Below are positions 47,254 to 51,188 of a stretch of DNA of 51,188 nucleotides, piece by piece. Positions within the stretch are counted from its first letter, which is position 1. Every line of letters starts with the position of its first letter. The stretch covers positions 1 to 51,188 of the forward strand of contig JBMOJP010000005.1 of NCBI GenBank assembly GCA_049315725.1. The letters run 5' to 3'. The position numbers and the translations under genes were made by a program. A model generated the notes under the pieces. The model saw only the letters and a program-made list of their open reading frames with translations, was not told the origin of the DNA and did not search any database. The stretch comes from Chthoniobacterales bacterium (GTDB lineage Bacteria > Verrucomicrobiota > Verrucomicrobiia > Chthoniobacterales > JACTMZ01).

Positions 47254-48702
47254 ATGCAGCAGTTCTTGCGTTTTGTTTTGGGCGTGGCGTTGTTTGTTCC
47301 CTGGGCCGCCGCCCAGGCCGCTCCGGGCGTGGCGGAAAGCATGGTCCGCATCTCGACCTCGTCGCAGCAACCCGACTATACCGTGCCATGGAACCCCGGG
47401 AGCATGACCGGCGGCGTGGGCGCCGGCTTTGTCATTGCGGGCAATCGCATCATGACCAACGCCCACGTGGTCAGCAACGCGACCTTCATCACCGTGCTCA
47501 AGGAGGGCGATCCGCGGCCGTGGGAGGCGCGCGTGCTCTACGTGGCGCACGATTGCGACCTGGCGATTCTGGGCGTTTACGACGAAGCTTTTTTCAAGGG
47601 CACCAAGCCGCTGGATTTCGGCGGCATCCCCGCGCTCGAGTCCTCGGTCAGCGCCTTCGGCTACCCCATCGGCGGGGACCGGCTTTCGGTCACACGCGGC
47701 ATCGTCTCGCGCATCGATTTCCAGCCCTACAGCCACTCCGAGGTGGACAGCCATCTGGCCATCCAGATCGACGCCGCGATCAACCCCGGCAACAGCGGAG
47801 GCCCGGTCATGCAGGACGGCAAGGTCGTCGGGGTCGCATTCCAAGGCTACGGAGGGTCGGTGGCCCAGAATGTCGGCTACATGATTCCCACGCCGGTCAT
47901 CCGCCGATTCCTCGAGGACATCAAGGACCAGTCCTACGACCGCTACATGGATCTCTCGGCCACGTATTTTCCTCTCATCAATCCGGCCCAGCGGGCCGCC
48001 CTCGGGCTGACCGATCAGGACACTGGGGTGCTGGTCGGCAGCGTCTTCGACGGCGGGGCCTCGGCCGGACAGCTGCAACCGGGCGACGTCATTGTCGCGG
48101 CGGACGGACGCAAAGTGTATGCCGACGGCAAGATTGACTTTGAGGGCGAGCGGGTCGAGATGGCGGAGATTTTCGAGCGCAAATTCAAGGGGGACAAGGT
48201 TGAGTTGGAGGTGCTGCGCGACGGGGCGAAGCAAAAAATGACCCTGACCCTCGACCGCCCGTGGCCCTTCAACATGCAGGCGCATGCCTACGATGCGCGC
48301 CCCCGCTATGTCCTGGTCGGCGGCCTGCTTTTCCAGCCGCTGGACCGCGACTTCCTCGATGCGCAGAAGAACGTGGATACGCGGCTGCGCTACTTCTTCG
48401 ACCACTACGTCAGCGACCATCTCTACCGCGATTACCCCGAGGTGGTGGTGCTGAGCGACGTGCTCAAGGATCCGGTCAACACCTACGCCTCGCCGTTCAA
48501 GGGGGCGATCGTCGAGCGCATCAACGGCCGCCCGGTCCGCTCGCTCCAGGATCTGGCCGCCGCGTTCGAGGAACCGGGCGAATTCCATGTCATCGAGTTG
48601 CTGGGCGAAGGTCGCCCGATCGTGCTCGAGCGTTCCGCCCTGCCCAAGGCGGCGGCGCGAATCAAGGAGCGCTACGGCGTGGCCATCGAACAAAACCTGT
48701 GA
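47254..48702 (+). CDS. Deg/HtrA-family (Deg2-like) serine protease with PDZ domains
   Basis: Triad TNAHVV, CDLAIL, DAAINPGNSGGP; signal peptide; PDZ and GGLLFQPL second-PDZ motif. Confidence 0.92.
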   Translation: MQQFLRFVLGVALFVPWAAAQAAPGVAESMVRISTSSQQPDYTVPWNPGSMTGGVGAGFVIAGNRIMTNAHVVSNATFITVLKEGDPRPWEARVLYVAHDCDLAILGVYDEAFFKGTKPLDFGGIPALESSVSAFGYPIGGDRLSVTRGIVSRIDFQPYSHSEVDSHLAIQIDAAINPGNSGGPVMQDGKVVGVAFQGYGGSVAQNVGYMIPTPVIRRFLEDIKDQSYDRYMDLSATYFPLINPAQRAALGLTDQDTGVLVGSVFDGGASAGQLQPGDVIVAADGRKVYADGKIDFEGERVEMAEIFERKFKGDKVELEVLRDGAKQKMTLTLDRPWPFNMQAHAYDARPRYVLVGGLLFQPLDRDFLDAQKNVDTRLRYFFDHYVSDHLYRDYPEVVVLSDVLKDPVNTYASPFKGAIVERINGRPVRSLQDLAAAFEEPGEFHVIELLGEGRPIVLERSALPKAAARIKERYGVAIEQNL

Positions 48703-48716
48703 GGCTCATTTTTCCC

Positions 48717-50312
48717 ATGCATCCCCGTCGCGCCCTGCGCCTGGCCACGTTCATCCTCCTCGCCGCGGCGGCCCCCTCGCCGGCCATGGAAATCCTGCAG
48801 AAGGCCCTCCCGGCCAGCACGACGGAACCGACACCGGCCCCGGCGGACACCACCGCAGTCACCCCGGCGGCCACTCCGGCAGAAAACGCCCCGAAACTTC
48901 CCGCGATCAAGCAACCGCCCGTCGTGCGGGTCAACGTGTCCAGCCAGTCCTCGAATTTCACGCAACCTTGGCGCAAGAATCCGCCCGCCATCCGGCAGGG
49001 CTTGGGCGTGGTGCTGATGGACGGGCGCATCCTCGTCACGGCCGAGTTGGTCGCGAACCATACCTATATCGAACTGGAGAAACCGGAGACCGCGCTCAAG
49101 GCCGCCGCGCAGGTCGAGGCAGTGGACTACGACGCCAACCTTGCGCTCCTCGCCGCCCCGGCTGCGGAGTTCCTGCAAAGCATCCCCGGGGCCAAACTCG
49201 ATGACACCTCGGTGGTGGGCGACCGCGTGGACATTCTCCAACTCGAAACGAATGGCACCCCGGTGAGCACCAGCGCGACGATCACGACCGTCGAGGTCGG
49301 ACCGTATCCGGTGGACGAAAACGCCTTTCTTCTCTTCCGCCTCAGCGTCCCGCTCCAATCGCGGGAAAACAGCTTCACCGTGCCGGCCTTCCGGGACGGG
49401 CGGCTCGTCGGACTGGTCATGCGCTACGACCCGCGCACGCAGACGGCCGACCTCGTGCCCGCCCCGGTCATCGAGCACTTCCTGGCTGCGGCGACGACCA
49501 AACCCTACGCCGGGTTTCCCCGCGCTGGGCTGACCTTTGCGGACACCCGCGACCCGCAACTGCGGCGTTTCGCCAAGCTGCCCGAAGGCAGCGGAGGCGC
49601 CTACATCACCAAGGTGCTGCCCCGCTCGCCCGCCGCGGCGGCCGGGATCCAGACCGGCGATGTCCTGCTCCGCGTCGGCGACAAGACGATCGATCAGGAC
49701 GGCAACTACGAGGACCCGCGCTTCGGCCGCGTTTCCCTCGCCCACTATGTTTCCACCGCCCTGCAGGCCGGGGAGAAAGTGCCGTTCGTCGTCTGGCGCA
49801 ACGGCGCGGAAGTCACCCTCGAGGGCGCGCTGGCCCCGCGCGACCGCGCCGGCATGATCAGCCAGCCCTACATTTTCGATACCCCGCCGAGCTTCGTCAT
49901 TGTCGGCGGAGTCGTCTTTTCGGAACTCTCACGGCAATACCTGCGCGAATGGGGTCCCAACTGGCAACGCGATGCCCCGCTGCGCCTCGTTTACCTCGAC
50001 CGCTTCCAAAGCGAGCTTCCGCCCGACCGGGGCAAGATCGTCTTCGTCAGCGCCGTGCTCCCCGGGCCGAACACCCTCGGCTACGAGGGCCTCGGCTTCG
50101 AGGTCGTCGAGGAGGTCAATGGCAAGCCGATCCGCAGCCTGCAGGATCTGGCCGACGCGGTGGACCATCCGACCGACAAATTCCACCGCATCAAACTGGG
50201 CGACGACCCGGGCATGGTCGTGCTCGATGTCGAGGCGAGCAAGGCCGAGGAGGAGCGCATCAAGCGCGATTACCGCCTGCCCAACATGCGCCAACTCGAC
50301 CCCGCCAACTGA
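48717..50312 (+). CDS. Deg2-like protease paralog with degenerate catalytic triad
   Basis: Same architecture, but TAELVA (no His), ANLALL (no Asp) and RENSFTVP in place of GNSGGP. Confidence 0.85.
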   Translation: MHPRRALRLATFILLAAAAPSPAMEILQKALPASTTEPTPAPADTTAVTPAATPAENAPKLPAIKQPPVVRVNVSSQSSNFTQPWRKNPPAIRQGLGVVLMDGRILVTAELVANHTYIELEKPETALKAAAQVEAVDYDANLALLAAPAAEFLQSIPGAKLDDTSVVGDRVDILQLETNGTPVSTSATITTVEVGPYPVDENAFLLFRLSVPLQSRENSFTVPAFRDGRLVGLVMRYDPRTQTADLVPAPVIEHFLAAATTKPYAGFPRAGLTFADTRDPQLRRFAKLPEGSGGAYITKVLPRSPAAAAGIQTGDVLLRVGDKTIDQDGNYEDPRFGRVSLAHYVSTALQAGEKVPFVVWRNGAEVTLEGALAPRDRAGMISQPYIFDTPPSFVIVGGVVFSELSRQYLREWGPNWQRDAPLRLVYLDRFQSELPPDRGKIVFVSAVLPGPNTLGYEGLGFEVVEEVNGKPIRSLQDLADAVDHPTDKFHRIKLGDDPGMVVLDVEASKAEEERIKRDYRLPNMRQLDPAN

Positions 50313-50329
50313 TCCCGGCCTGATTTTCC

Positions 50330-51187
50330 ATGTCCTCACCCGTTCGCGTCCGCTTCGCTCCCTCGCCCACCGGCTTTCTCCACGTCGGAGGCGCCCGCAC
50401 GGCCCTTTTCAACTGGCTCCACGCCCGCCACACCGGCGGAACATTTGTCCTTCGCATCGAAGACACCGACCGCGAACGCCACCACGAGGAGGCCGTGCGC
50501 GCGATCTACGACGGCCTGCGCTGGCTCGGGCTCGATTGGGACGAGGGGGCGGAGAAGGGCGGCGACTACGGCCCTTACTACCAGAGCGAACGCGGTCCGA
50601 TCTACGAGCGGTATCTGAAGATTTTGCAGGACAAGGGCATGATCTACGAGGATGCCGGCGCCCTGCGCTTCCGCTCACCCCGCGAGACGGTCACGGTTCA
50701 TGACGAAGTCTGCGGCTCGATCCCCTTTGACCTCTCGAATCCGGGCACGCACCCGGACATGACCGTCCGCCGCCCGGACGGCTCATGGATCTTCCACTTC
50801 GTCAACGTGGTCGATGACATCGAGATGAAGATAACCCATGTCATCCGCGGCGAGGATCATCTTTCGAACACCCCCAAGCATGTCGAACTCTACAAGGCTT
50901 TCGGGGTCGAGCCGCCGAAGTTTGCCCACATTCCGCTCATCCTCAATCCGGACGGCACGAAGATGAGCAAGCGCGACACCGGCGCGAGTGTGCAGAGTTA
51001 CCTCGAGCAGGGCTACGCGCCCGAAGCGGTGCGCAACTACCTCTGCCTCCTCGGCTGGTCACCGAAGGACAACCGCGAGATCCTCCCGATCGAAGAGATC
51101 ATCAGCATTTTCGAGCTCAAGAACATCAACCGACGCAGCGCCGGCTTCGACCTCGACAAATGTTTTTGGATGAACGGCCAATACCTC
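50330..51187 (+). CDS. gltX: Glutamate--tRNA ligase (3' partial)
   Basis: Absent from the ORF track (no stop in the window): [24 protein letters not shown]...LRIEDTD...YQSER...[14 protein letters not shown]...KMSKR. Confidence 0.95.
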   Translation, partial: MSSPVRVRFAPSPTGFLHVGGARTALFNWLHARHTGGTFVLRIEDTDRERHHEEAVRAIYDGLRWLGLDWDEGAEKGGDYGPYYQSERGPIYERYLKILQDKGMIYEDAGALRFRSPRETVTVHDEVCGSIPFDLSNPGTHPDMTVRRPDGSWIFHFVNVVDDIEMKITHVIRGEDHLSNTPKHVELYKAFGVEPPKFAHIPLILNPDGTKMSKRDTGASVQSYLEQGYAPEAVRNYLCLLGWSPKDNREILPIEEIISIFELKNINRRSAGFDLDKCFWMNGQYL

Positions 51188-51188
51188 A

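Noticed and set aside
1-51188. CRISPR array, prophage, rRNA or known defence operon
   Set aside because: No regularly spaced short repeats, phage structural genes, rRNA signatures or cas/R-M gene pairs seen.

Overview
High-GC bacterial chromosome segment, most likely Verrucomicrobiota (Chthoniobacterales/Spartobacteria-like; inferred from gene content and AC-rich, SD-less leaders). The backbone is housekeeping: mcsB-clpC, tamB-like, nudix, usp, speA, lexA, bioF, pepF, hisF, amidase, GSIII glnA, lgt, blc, orphan nuoG, a Deg protease pair and gltX. Between tRNA-Ala(CGC) with decayed tRNA-like sequences (about 24.2-24.8 kb) and an IS1380 remnant (about 37.5-37.9 kb) lies a 13 kb chemosensory cluster: cheA-cheW-mcp-cheW-mcp-cheR-cheB-cheX-cheY-REC/PP2C. 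It converges on a gene encoding a receiver domain fused to an intact glutaminase. That receiver is about 55% identical, gap-free, to the cluster's own CheY. Sigma-54-type promoters precede both this glutaminase and the neighbouring glutamine synthetase III. The lead hypothesis is a Che-type pathway that directly controls glutamine hydrolysis rather than motility. Other oddities: 487/488-bp identical cheW copies, two receptors of different heptad length, a signal-peptide-bearing restriction-endonuclease-like protein, a BioF-zinc-ribbon fusion, a candidate sRNA, a candidate LexA operator and several internally deleted genes. All calls come from reading the sequence by eye; no database searches were run.
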